The position numbers were made by a program, and so were the translations under genes. The notes under the pieces were generated by a model. The model had not been told where the DNA came from, did not search any database, and was given only the letters and a program-made list of their open reading frames with translations. A DNA stretch of 64,000 nt from contig CAVRCF010000005.1 of NCBI GenBank assembly GCA_963719505.1, forward strand, positions 256,001 through 320,000, read 5' to 3'. This document shows, in pieces, positions 10,150 to 19,860 of the stretch. Position 1 is the first letter of the stretch; each line of letters opens with the position of its first letter. This DNA comes from Halobacteriovoraceae bacterium (lineage in GTDB: Bacteria; Bdellovibrionota; Bacteriovoracia; Bacteriovoracales; Bacteriovoracaceae).

Positions 10150-12396
10150 TTGAATAAATTAATAATTTTAATGTCATTTGTATTTATTATTCCTTTCAAT
10201 GGCTACTCAGCAGTTTGCGAAGATGACGAAGTGATGTCATTTATATACCTTAACGGTATTATGAACAGTACTGAACAGTCGCAAGCCAACGCCGATAGAG
10301 TTTTTAGAACAGCTATAGAAGGTAACTTTAGCAAGAAACTTTATGGTGAGGACGGTATGAAGTTTTGCCCACAGGTAGCTTATAATCAGAAAGACGGTCT
10401 TTTGCTAGATCTAATTGAAACATTTGCTCAGAAGTATAGAGAAAGATCCCCTGAAACCTTTAGTTATGAGATGGTAGCGAAATGGATTTTCGATAAAAAA
10501 GATTTTATAGAGACTTTTTTGCCACGCTTGCCGGGTTCTGATCCTAATTCTAATAACTTTGATCCCAATTTAATCTCAAGTTATGAATCTTTAACTGAAG
10601 ACTTAATAGCTGATTTTGTCAGAAAAGGGGCATCAAGAGAAAGTACGACTAATTTAAAAATTTCAAATAAATTAGATCAAATAATTATAGATGAAAAAAA
10701 AAGGACTGTCTTAATTAGTCATTCTCAAGGAAATTTATTTGCTAATGATTATTATCAAGAGTTTGCTTCCGATGAAGCCAATATACCTTTTTTAAAAAGA
10801 TTGGCGAATCTTCAAGTTGGTAGTGCGGCGGCTACAGTTGCTGCCAAAACAAAAAGCTTTGGTGACCACATGACTGGCAAGCAAGATAATATTATAGGAG
10901 CTTTAGAGACTCTTGGTTTTGCAATTAATCCACCTAATATTGAATATGATCGAGTTTCAATTATAAACAAAGGGAGGGGAACGGGACTATTCGAAAACAT
11001 ACCTGTGCTTTCTATTTTTGGTTCTATAATTAGGAACTCACCTGACTTAGTCCAGGGTCATAGTTTTTTAAATATATATACAGCCAAAGACGTTAATGGA
11101 AAACTTGATGGTGAAGATAACTACAGATCAATGGCGTCTATCTTTTCTGATAAGTTTGAAGCTTTAGCTAGAAAGATAGCACCTCCTAAATTAGTTATTG
11201 AGCCTATTGAACAAATCAATAATAATGGAACTCTTGCGCAAAGATTAAAAATTGTTTTTGCACCAGATGAGAATAGGGCTGGTGAACTTATTGATCTTTC
11301 AAAATTGACTACCTTTCAAGTCGATAACGGGAGCGGAATTTATGAAGAAGCCGAGCCATTTAATTTAGGAGCAATTGATTTAAATGTTAATAATCGTGAC
11401 GTTCTTAGGCTAAAATTCGAATACGATTTTGATATGTATGAGCTTGAATATGATTTTATGAATGTTGTAAATCCAATTGAAAATGTTGAGGTTTTTAACG
11501 ACAGTGTTTTGAATATGACAGTTGGCATAACTTTTAACTCTCTCGGCGCCGGACTCGATTTTATTTATCAAGACTTTGACAATGGCGGGCAAGAGGTTAG
11601 GTATACTCTTAGTGGTAACGGTTACCAAGAAATTGTTGTAAAGAAGTCATTTAACGCTCAAGTTTTTGTTCTCGAGGAAGAGCCAGTATTTATAGATGCT
11701 TCCTTAAAATTGGAAGACACTATCACAAATGTTGAATACTTATCTAATACATCATCATCTATGCGGATTAGAGTTCATCATAGGGAGCTCTCTAGTGGTT
11801 TCCCACTAATAGGATCAGTTGATGAAGGAACCAAGTTGGGCGTAGGTCTTTTTACCGATATTACGGTTAAGACAGAAGGAGAGGGAAGTATTTATATACC
11901 AGGAGGTAGAGAGTGGGACACTTCTCTTCCAGAGGACAGAGAATATACTTTTGATGGCAAATTTATAGAAGATCTGAAGGGAATTATAACAAATAATGAT
12001 AGTCAAAGATTGGTTCAAACTAGCTTTGAGGGAAATTGGACATTTAGTTATATTCCATACTCAGAATCCGGTGCATCTAATGAACCAGTTGTGTTAAACT
12101 ATATTGCTCCATCAACTGGCTCTCTCAATTATCTCCTCGGAGGTTGTTCGTTATCAACAGTTGATGTGCCAGCAGACGACCCTGATGACGCTCCTGTAAA
12201 AGAGATTCATTTTTTTGCACAAAACGAATATCTTTTATCAAATGCTAATTCTGGCCGCGTAAGTAGCTGTGCAGATGTTAACTTGGATGCAGATGTATAC
12301 ATAGTTTACAAGTCAAATGGGAAAGAGATTAGAAGAAGAAAACTACCAATATACTTTGCGACATATAGCTCCGATGTCCTTGTTGAAGGCCAGTAA
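10150..12396 (+). CDS. Secreted alpha/beta-hydrolase (lipase-like) C1 with variable C-terminal beta-rich region
   Basis: TTG start after GAGGAG; signal peptide; YLNG oxyanion-like motif, nucleophile elbow ISHSQG, candidate Asp in QDNII and His in GHSF. Confidence 0.8.
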   Translation: MNKLIILMSFVFIIPFNGYSAVCEDDEVMSFIYLNGIMNSTEQSQANADRVFRTAIEGNFSKKLYGEDGMKFCPQVAYNQKDGLLLDLIETFAQKYRERSPETFSYEMVAKWIFDKKDFIETFLPRLPGSDPNSNNFDPNLISSYESLTEDLIADFVRKGASRESTTNLKISNKLDQIIIDEKKRTVLISHSQGNLFANDYYQEFASDEANIPFLKRLANLQVGSAAATVAAKTKSFGDHMTGKQDNIIGALETLGFAINPPNIEYDRVSIINKGRGTGLFENIPVLSIFGSIIRNSPDLVQGHSFLNIYTAKDVNGKLDGEDNYRSMASIFSDKFEALARKIAPPKLVIEPIEQINNNGTLAQRLKIVFAPDENRAGELIDLSKLTTFQVDNGSGIYEEAEPFNLGAIDLNVNNRDVLRLKFEYDFDMYELEYDFMNVVNPIENVEVFNDSVLNMTVGITFNSLGAGLDFIYQDFDNGGQEVRYTLSGNGYQEIVVKKSFNAQVFVLEEEPVFIDASLKLEDTITNVEYLSNTSSSMRIRVHHRELSSGFPLIGSVDEGTKLGVGLFTDITVKTEGEGSIYIPGGREWDTSLPEDREYTFDGKFIEDLKGIITNNDSQRLVQTSFEGNWTFSYIPYSESGASNEPVVLNYIAPSTGSLNYLLGGCSLSTVDVPADDPDDAPVKEIHFFAQNEYLLSNANSGRVSSCADVNLDADVYIVYKSNGKEIRRRKLPIYFATYSSDVLVEGQ

Positions 12397-12431
12397 GTTA
12401 AAAAAATACACACAAAAGCTAGAACTTAAAA

Positions 12432-13668
12432 TGCAGTAGTCACGACTTGCGTTTACAAAACGCTCTCAGTCAAAGCTAATTTTTATTGTACAGAGATCTC
12501 ATCACCTGTACTTTTGTTATCGTAAACCATCTCTCCATACTTTAGAACTCCTTCGGTAAAAGTTTCATAAGGAGTTCTCCCTTTGCACCTCTTTCCTTGA
12601 TTCGTTCTTTCAAAGTTATAGATCTTCATGAAATCGTCTAAGTCTTTCTGCATTTGATCTAGGCTTTTATAGAGGGTCTTTCTAAAAGCAACACTATAAA
12701 ATTCAGCCTGAATCGTTTGATTCAGCTTCTCTACGGCTCCATTTGTTTGGGGATGTCTCACCTTGGTTCTACTGTGTTCAATATCGTTAAGGTGAAGAAA
12801 AAGCTGATAGTGGTGTTGTGTTTTTACTCCACAGTACTCTCGACCGTTGTCTGTTAAAACTCTCACAACTGAGATCGCATGCTCATCAAAGAATGGAAGA
12901 ACTTTACTGTTAAGAAAGTCCGCTGCGACTGTTTGGGTTTTATCAAGATAGAGTTTTGCAAAGCCGACATTTGAATAAGTATCGATTCCCGTTTGCTGAT
13001 AAATTTTTCCAACACCTTTGATGTACCCTACGTAGTAGGTGTCTTGAGCAAAAAGGAACCCACTGTGGTGTGTTTCAATTTCTCCATGTGCCTCTTTCTC
13101 GAGCTTTTGATCTTCTAATGCTTTAACTTGAGATTCTGTCAAAATGTTCTTCTCGTTTTTAGACCACTCTTCAAGTCTTTTAAGGCGGAGTTTTTTGTTC
13201 TCGATTTGATGACGAAGCCATACACTTCTCACGCCACCTGGACTAATCAAGATACCGGCTCTTTTAAGCTCGTTAGAAACTCTTACTTGTCCATGAGTAG
13301 GATTTTCTAGGGCATAGTCTAGGATCGATTTCTCTGTTTCTGGGGCACAGCGATTGGCCATTCTCGGGCCTCGTCTAGTCTTCTGAGTAAGTCCTTCAAG
13401 GCCTTCTTCTTTAATCGCTGTTTTAATGTCGTAGTAATGTTGTCTGCTCACACCCATTTGTTTGCAAGCTTTTGAAATGTTCATCATCGTGTCAGCAAAG
13501 TCTACTATGCTAAGTTTCCGATTAATGAGATACTGTTGTTGAGTCATGTGTTTCTCCTTTTTGTTAAAACTGTTTTGTAGTAATTACAATTTTAACTGAG
13601 AACGCATGACTCAAAAATTACCGGCAATCTTTAGTCAAGTGTTGTAAATGCAACTCGTGTTACTTCCA
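12432..13668 (-). mobile_element. IS481-family insertion sequence, 1237 bp
   Basis: Imperfect 27-bp terminal inverted repeats (TGCAGTAGTCACGACTTGCGTTTACAA and TGGAAGTAACACGAGTTGCATTTACAA); 7-bp direct repeat CTTAAAA at 12425..12431 and 13669..13675. Confidence 0.9.
12483..13547 (-). CDS. IS481-family DDE transposase
   Basis: N-terminal HTH; rve-type core QDTYYVG...LTDNGREY...TNGAVEK; intact 354-aa ORF. Confidence 0.93.
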   Translation of the reverse strand: MTQQQYLINRKLSIVDFADTMMNISKACKQMGVSRQHYYDIKTAIKEEGLEGLTQKTRRGPRMANRCAPETEKSILDYALENPTHGQVRVSNELKRAGILISPGGVRSVWLRHQIENKKLRLKRLEEWSKNEKNILTESQVKALEDQKLEKEAHGEIETHHSGFLFAQDTYYVGYIKGVGKIYQQTGIDTYSNVGFAKLYLDKTQTVAADFLNSKVLPFFDEHAISVVRVLTDNGREYCGVKTQHHYQLFLHLNDIEHSRTKVRHPQTNGAVEKLNQTIQAEFYSVAFRKTLYKSLDQMQKDLDDFMKIYNFERTNQGKRCKGRTPYETFTEGVLKYGEMVYDNKSTGDEISVQ

Positions 13669-13780
13669 CTTAAAATCTTAAACGGAAAATGAACTTTTTA
13701 AGTTCTAGCTCTTTAATAAACTATCAAAATAAAACTTTTATTATCCCTTTAGTTTAAAGACGAGACTGAAAACTAAGTAA

Positions 13781-14767
13781 TTACCATCTAAAGTAGTATT
13801 TATTAAATTCTCTCATGTGAATTTTTATTTTATGCAGAAAATACTCTAAAGAGAATGAGTGTTTTTCATCTAGCTGTACATTCTTTTCGTATTTGTTCTC
13901 AATTTCTTTTCTAGTAGGCAAAAATTTGCATCTATCATTATATGATTTTTTTTCAAGTAAGGAACATACTCTTCCATTCTTATTGTTACTATCATTATTG
14001 AATTGTAGGTAGTTTTGTGTCAGATAAGGTTGATCGGCATTAACAATTTCCCACCCTTCCTTTCTTATAGATTTTATCAAGTCTCCTAAGAATATTGCTG
14101 TAGTATCGTTTTCATGAATTAAAAGAACTTGGTTAATATCACTTTGTTTTATATTTTTCGAAACTCTATCAATCTCCTTCATTTTTGAAATTATATCTGA
14201 GATGTAAAGTTTTTTTAATTCGTTAAAATCTATTTCATTTCCTAGGTGCAAATCCTCTTGAACTAATTCATCTAAAAACCAATCATTACTTACTACTGTC
14301 ACATAACTGTCAATGATATTACTTTTATTTAAGTATGTTATAAATCTAGATGTAGACTGTTTTGATTTTCCTCTATCTAAATAAGGAAAACGAAAATATT
14401 GACTCTGGATATTAAGTTCCTTCAGTATCTTATCAGCTTTTGAAATATCTAAAATAAAATCTTTTAAGTGGATTCTACTTGAAGACATGTGTGAATGGGT
14501 GTGATTTCCTATTAAGTGTCCATTTTCTATGTAGCTTTTTAAGATTGTTTTACTTTCCTTCGATTTTAATCTATTTGTAATGGTGAAAAATAGGACTTTG
14601 CCTACTTTTTGCTCATTGAGAGCATTTATTATAGTTTTGCTCCTTTGGATTGAAGTAAATATAGCTCCATCATCAGCTACTGAATCGTCTATCGTAATTG
14701 AAACTTTTTTAGCAAATGTTGAGGGTGAGAAAAGAAGTATGAATAATAATAACATCGAGTAAATCAT
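13781..14767 (-). CDS. Secreted polysaccharide/peptidoglycan deacetylase (NodB/CE4)
   Basis: TIDD, GNHTHSH, FRFPY and LLIHE motifs; signal peptide; visibly AT-rich. Confidence 0.88.
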   Translation of the reverse strand: MIYSMLLLFILLFSPSTFAKKVSITIDDSVADDGAIFTSIQRSKTIINALNEQKVGKVLFFTITNRLKSKESKTILKSYIENGHLIGNHTHSHMSSSRIHLKDFILDISKADKILKELNIQSQYFRFPYLDRGKSKQSTSRFITYLNKSNIIDSYVTVVSNDWFLDELVQEDLHLGNEIDFNELKKLYISDIISKMKEIDRVSKNIKQSDINQVLLIHENDTTAIFLGDLIKSIRKEGWEIVNADQPYLTQNYLQFNNDSNNKNGRVCSLLEKKSYNDRCKFLPTRKEIENKYEKNVQLDEKHSFSLEYFLHKIKIHMREFNKYYFRW

Positions 14768-14927
14768 AACAAAACTTTATACTATATTAGCTTAGAACTG
14801 TATAAAATGAAAATTTGCAGTTAATTAATGATAATCTATAATCAAACCAATATCTACTAAGTGATTCTTTTGTCGAGTAAAGGGGTCTAGAGTGATCCCA
14901 TTCGAATCATACATGTCATCTTCCGGG

Positions 14928-14955
14928 TCGCACGATAAGAAACATTATCGTGCGA
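14928..14955. terminator. Hairpin containing the right copy of the 16-bp direct repeat
   Basis: TCGCACGATAA-gaaaca-TTATCGTGCGA forms a perfect 11-bp stem downstream of 15003..15641(-). Confidence 0.65.
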
Positions 14956-15002
14956 TGCGTTACTATCTTTAGTTATATACTCCTATAATCACAGCTTTTG
15001 GT

Positions 15003-15641
15003 CTACTTCTCAAATATCAATGTATAATCATCTCCGCCAGCACGCATTTGATCATTAGCACTCCACATTGGCTTCGGACTTTTAAATTTCATCGTGTATT
15101 TATAGTCTCCAAGATATTCAGTAAGTTCCTTATTTGTTATTCCTGGTACATACTCAGTGCTGCGTCCATCGCTGCATGAAATAACAGCATTAAATGCATT
15201 TCGTGCTGGATTGAAACCTTCTTTTCTTGTTTTGGATTTAGTAACGACACAAATGTCTTGTATTGCCTGATTTGATTCAGGCTTAAAGACCCTCAGTGTT
15301 GGGAAATTTTCAACTAGACCTGGGAAACTTGATCTTTTATCGTCTGGGTCACCAGGCTTATATATCATCATTTCTTTGTATTTCTTACGTCCCATCAGAT
15401 TATGAAGGTTAATTTCGGCCATTTTGGTACGTCTATTAAGTAGACCAGCATTAAAGAGAACTTCAGTTTCAAAAGATTTGGTTTGGCAGACAATTTTATG
15501 GTGTATTTTACCCATAATAATCCCCTCTTCTTCAACCTTATAGCCGATACATATACTGTCTTGTAATTGTGAGGCTGAGGCAAAGCTTGATAGGCTTCCA
15601 ACGGACATTAAGGCTACTAAAAGTTTCTTCATAAGTGACAC
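15003..15641 (-). CDS. Secreted hypothetical protein
   Basis: Signal peptide ending SFA; GGAG upstream; start may be the MKKLL ATG. Confidence 0.75.
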   Translation of the reverse strand: MSLMKKLLVALMSVGSLSSFASASQLQDSICIGYKVEEEGIIMGKIHHKIVCQTKSFETEVLFNAGLLNRRTKMAEINLHNLMGRKKYKEMMIYKPGDPDDKRSSFPGLVENFPTLRVFKPESNQAIQDICVVTKSKTRKEGFNPARNAFNAVISCSDGRSTEYVPGITNKELTEYLGDYKYTMKFKSPKPMWSANDQMRAGGDDYTLIFEK

Positions 15642-15755
15642 TCCTGATATTAAAAGAATAAAGTCTTTAATAGATAAAGTATCTCAATAATCAAGATTGG
15701 ATGCACGGACAAGAGTAAGTTTTACTAAGGGATGTTAGAAAACTAACACTCAAAA

Positions 15756-15995
15756 TTAATTAAAGTAAACCTCACAAATATACTGTGGAAACCCTTGCTC
15801 AGTAAATTCTGGATAACAGTCTTTTGATAAAATATTTTGATTTTTAGCTTCAAGTTCTTTAATTTTAATCTCCATAATCTCTTCTGGTTCTCCAGGAAAG
15901 CTACTGACGATCTTAAGCTTTGGAAGGTTTGAGTAATATGATGATGCTGAAAACGCCATTGTTGAAAATACGGATAAAAGAATAATTAACTTCAT
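15756..15995 (-). CDS. Small secreted hypothetical protein
   Basis: AGGAG ribosome-binding site, signal peptide, two Cys. Confidence 0.7.
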   Translation of the reverse strand: MKLIILLSVFSTMAFSASSYYSNLPKLKIVSSFPGEPEEIMEIKIKELEAKNQNILSKDCYPEFTEQGFPQYICEVYFN

Positions 15996-16102
15996 AGATC
16001 TCCTTGAGGGTTATTAAGCTAAAAGGCTACACTTAAAACGTACTCATTTGAAGAGAATAAACCTTTCATCTCGACGTCGTGTGTGGTGCTAAATGACTCT
16101 TT

Positions 16103-16639
16103 TTATTTCACTTTGGGGAAGATATCGGCGATTTTACTTCCTGTAAATTTGGCGACCCAACCTTCAGGATTATTAAACATTCTTATGGCCGTAAATTCAG
16201 GATTTTCTCCCATATCAAACCAATGAGGTGTGTTTGCAGGAACTGAGATAAGGTCGTTTTTATTACACAAAATACTGTAGACAGAGTCGTTAATATGCAT
16301 CGTGAAAAGTCCTGAGCCTCGAACAAAAAACCGAACTTCATCTTCAGAATGAGTATGTTCAGAAAGAAATTTATCACGCAGCATTTTCTTGTCGGGATGA
16401 TCTGGATACATACTGACGACATCAATTGCTTTGTAGCCTTTAGTCTCGACAAGTTTATCGATTTCAACTTTATAAGCTGAAATAATATCTTCTTGATCCA
16501 TCTCTTTTGTTATTTCTTTGTCAGCAGTCCATTGTCTAAATTCAATGCCAACGGCCTTTAACTTTTTAGCAATCTCAGAGTCCGAATTTTCCGAATCTAG
16601 ATTATTTGCTTTCTCATCAAAAATCGTTAATTTACTCAT
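16103..16639 (-). CDS. mtnD: Acireductone dioxygenase
   Basis: FLSEHTHSEDEVRFFVRGSG and VPANTPHWFD cupin motifs; start at MSKL (16639). Confidence 0.95.
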   Translation of the reverse strand: MSKLTIFDEKANNLDSENSDSEIAKKLKAVGIEFRQWTADKEITKEMDQEDIISAYKVEIDKLVETKGYKAIDVVSMYPDHPDKKMLRDKFLSEHTHSEDEVRFFVRGSGLFTMHINDSVYSILCNKNDLISVPANTPHWFDMGENPEFTAIRMFNNPEGWVAKFTGSKIADIFPKVK

Positions 16640-17300
16640 GGGTAACCTCGGCTTTATCAAAGCTTTTTATCATCTTAAATTTTGAATCATCATACAGGCC
16701 ATCTCTATTGACATGAATAACATTAAGCTCAGCTTCAGACGCGGCTTTTGCCTCATCAGGACTGTCGGTAAAAAAAGTAATCATCTGTGGAGATACGTCA
16801 ATATCTGAGGCTATAGTCTTGTAGGACTGAGATTCTTTTTTAGGACCTGAAGTTGTATCAAAATAACCTTTAAAAAGAGATGTTATATCACCTGATTCAG
16901 TATGAGAAAAAAGAAGCTTTTGGGCCTGAATACTGCCCGAAGAATAGATATAGAGATCGAGACCTTGATCTTTCCACTTATTTAAAGCGGGGATGACGTC
17001 AGGGTAGAGGTGAGCGGTGTACTCCCCTTTTTGATATCCTTCTTTCCAAATCAGACCTTGAATATCTTTAAGTTCTTTGACTTTTTTATCCTCGTCTATC
17101 CATTTTTTTAAAAGCGCTATCACTTCATCAATGCTTGATATATTATTATCGGCTTTTATTTTTTGAATAAGAGGCGCTAAGTTTTCTTGTTCACTTCTCA
17201 CAAAACTTTCAATATTTTTTTTGGCAAAAGGAAAAAGGATATTGTGAACAAAATTTATATCTGTCGTTGTGCCTTCAATATCAAAGATTAATGCTTTCAT
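16632..17300 (-). CDS. mtnC: Enolase-phosphatase E1 (acireductone synthase)
   Basis: HAD motif DIEGTT, plus LQG-like IQGLIW, YSSGS and FDT. Confidence 0.95.
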   Translation of the reverse strand: MKALIFDIEGTTTDINFVHNILFPFAKKNIESFVRSEQENLAPLIQKIKADNNISSIDEVIALLKKWIDEDKKVKELKDIQGLIWKEGYQKGEYTAHLYPDVIPALNKWKDQGLDLYIYSSGSIQAQKLLFSHTESGDITSLFKGYFDTTSGPKKESQSYKTIASDIDVSPQMITFFTDSPDEAKAASEAELNVIHVNRDGLYDDSKFKMIKSFDKAEVTHE

Positions 17301-17906
17301 TTTAAACCCATTTTTATATGTTCAACTCTTACGGCCATGAGAAACTCTGCCCCTTCAAGAAATCTTTTTGCTCGTTGGATTGTTTCGGCCCAAACGTAGA
17401 TTCCATGCCCTCGTAAAATAAGACAAGGAACTTTTTCAAAATCATCTTTCCAGCTTTTTTCAATATCGACGGCCAATTGATCAATATCCTGAGTGTTTTC
17501 ATAAATATGAAAACGTACCGTTTCCTCATGAGACTTTATTTTGCTAAAAGCTTTTTGTAGTTCAAAGCCTTTAAATTCGAGGATATTCTCTTTTGTAAAC
17601 AAACTCAGTGCCGTTCCAGTTATACTATGAGAGTGCAAAACACAATTCGCTTCGGGAACCAGTTCCATGATTTTTGCGTGAATCATGGCTTCATCTGAAG
17701 GCTTTAGAGTTTCGTGGTCATAATTGCCAGCGAAGATCCATTTTGATAAAATCAGACTCTTTTAGCTTTCCTTTATCGACTCCTGAAGCCGAGACAAAAA
17801 GGCTTGAATCATCGATTCTCAAGGAATAGTTACCACTTGTCGCAGGAGAATAATTTTTTTCATTCATCCAGTGGCAAACTGCTATTAAATCAGATAAATT
17901 GTTCAT
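17297..17906 (-). pseudogene. mtnB: Methylthioribulose-1-phosphate dehydratase split by a one-base insertion near 17732-17735
   Basis: N-part has PATSGNYS and SGVDKG; C-part has KPSDE, LHSHS and LRGHGIYVW. Deleting one base in ATG GAT CTT(C) GCT GGC restores a single ORF. Confidence 0.85.
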
Positions 17907-17970
17907 ATAATATGAATCTCCATTTTTAGGCTAAATTTACAGATAGTCGCGATTAATTACAAGGATAAAG

Positions 17971-19107
17971 ATGCAATTTGAGAGTAAATTCCCTCATATG
18001 AAGACCACTATTTTTAGCGAAATCTCAGCTGTGTCCAATGAATTTCAGGCGACAAACTTAGGTCAAGGGTTTCCAAACTTTACACCATCTCCTTATCTTC
18101 TGGAGCGACTCACCCATTATACAAATGAGGGTTTTAACCAATACGCTCCTATGAGTGGGATGCCAAGGCTTCTTCAAAGTGTTGCCAATACTCACCGAGA
18201 AGTTTATGGCCAAAAGCTTGATGCTCAAAATGAGATTACAATCACCAGTGGCGCAACTGAAGCTCTTTTTTGCGCCATTTCGACTGTCGTAAATTCTGGG
18301 GACGAAGTTATTATCTTTGATCCAAGCTACGATAGTTATGCGCCAAATATAGAACTCAACGGCGGTGTGCCCGTTCGTCTCAACTTAACAGAAGACTTTG
18401 GTTTTGATTTTGAAAAAATTAAAGACGCCATCACTTCTAAAACGAAAGCTATTATTATTAATTCTCCTCATAATCCATCGGGAAAGTGTTTAACAAAAGA
18501 AGAACTCGATAGCTTTTGGGAGCTTATAGAGGATAAGAATATCTATATGATCAGTGACGAGGTTTATCAGCATATTATTTTTGATGGAAAGTCTCATCTC
18601 TCCCCTTTTAATGATGAGCGCTTTAGAGAGAGAACCTTTGCTATTAGTTCATTTGGTAAGACCTTTCATGTTACGGGATGGAAGATTGGCTATTGTGTGG
18701 CTTGTGATCTTTTAACAAAAGAGTTTCGAAAGATTCACCAGTATATAACGTTTTCAACTATGGGGTCGGCTCAGTTGGCGTTAAGTGATATGCTTGATCA
18801 TAAGGGCGAAGAACTTCAGGGCCTTTCAGATTTTTATCAAACGAAAAGAGACTTTTTTCAGTCTCAACTTAAAAAAACTCATTTTAAAATACTTCCTTGT
18901 GATGGAAGCTTTTTTCAGCTTGTTGATTATAGTGAACTAAGTAGCAAGGGGGATATGGACTTTTGTATAGAACTTATTAAAGAGAAAAAGCTTGCCGCTA
19001 TTCCGTTGAGTTCTTTTTATCAAACACCACCAAAGTCTAGTATTATCAGGTTTTGTTTTGCCAAGGATAATGAAACTCTTGAGAGGGCTTTTCAATATCT
19101 TATTTAG
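17971..19107 (+). CDS. Class I PLP aminotransferase, methionine-salvage type (MtnE/YbdL-like)
   Basis: NLGQGFP, NSPHNPSG, SDEVY and SFGKTFHVTGWKIG; divergent from mtnBCD. Confidence 0.9.
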   Translation: MQFESKFPHMKTTIFSEISAVSNEFQATNLGQGFPNFTPSPYLLERLTHYTNEGFNQYAPMSGMPRLLQSVANTHREVYGQKLDAQNEITITSGATEALFCAISTVVNSGDEVIIFDPSYDSYAPNIELNGGVPVRLNLTEDFGFDFEKIKDAITSKTKAIIINSPHNPSGKCLTKEELDSFWELIEDKNIYMISDEVYQHIIFDGKSHLSPFNDERFRERTFAISSFGKTFHVTGWKIGYCVACDLLTKEFRKIHQYITFSTMGSAQLALSDMLDHKGEELQGLSDFYQTKRDFFQSQLKKTHFKILPCDGSFFQLVDYSELSSKGDMDFCIELIKEKKLAAIPLSSFYQTPPKSSIIRFCFAKDNETLERAFQYLI

Positions 19108-19468
19108 CTTCTTTAACATAGCTATAGATGTATCCACCCCTATCGCTTCCACTTCCGCTTTTAACGCGAAATTTTTTACCAATATGATATTTGGTTTTTG
19201 ATGATTCTTCTAAGGTCACTTGAATTGACTTAGGAGTGTCATCGCAACTTGATCTGGAACCCGTAGGAGAGCCTCCATTGGTGAGCTTTAAAGTCGCTAA
19301 ATAGGTAAAGTTGTCACTACCGTCGCCGGCATGAGCTTCGTTGATCATATTGAGTGTATTGAGTTTTTCAATATTTGATATTTCAGCATCATACTGACAG
19401 CTCGATCTGTCTGAAGCAAAAGAAGAAAAAGAAATGAGACAGAGTATGATGAGAGCTTTCATTGGCAA
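19100..19468 (-). CDS. Secreted hypothetical protein
   Basis: Signal peptide ending SFA. Confidence 0.7.
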   Translation of the reverse strand: MPMKALIILCLISFSSFASDRSSCQYDAEISNIEKLNTLNMINEAHAGDGSDNFTYLATLKLTNGGSPTGSRSSCDDTPKSIQVTLEESSKTKYHIGKKFRVKSGSGSDRGGYIYSYVKEAK

Positions 19469-19731
19469 GACCTAATATCTCTTGCATAAAAAACACCATT
19501 ATTTTTCGAACCGACAATAACGATGCATTGTCTCCAACTAAGATTTTTCATTTTTGTGTCAACGGCATCATTTAGTGGAATAACATATTCTCTTGGAGAG
19601 TTTGGAAAGTATCCTCCAACAGCTAAAGTTCCACCGACTTTGTTATATTCTATAGCAGTTTGTTGAAATTGAGCGCCTTGGGCCATATGCGCGAAAAATA
19701 AGCCCAATACCAGTGGTATCATCTTGTACAT
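19459..19731 (-). CDS. Small secreted hypothetical protein
   Basis: ATG (MYKM) after AAGGAG; track start 19773; signal peptide. Confidence 0.65.
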   Translation of the reverse strand: MYKMIPLVLGLFFAHMAQGAQFQQTAIEYNKVGGTLAVGGYFPNSPREYVIPLNDAVDTKMKNLSWRQCIVIVGSKNNGVFYARDIRSCQ

Positions 19732-19860
19732 TTGATTCTCCTTGTGGGTTATAACAAGCAAAATCAAAGCCATAAATTTCTATCTGATATTGGGTTCTTA
19801 ATGCGGTGAATGGTGCATAAAAGCCAAAATTTTTAGTGGCATTATGACTTTTTAGAAGAA

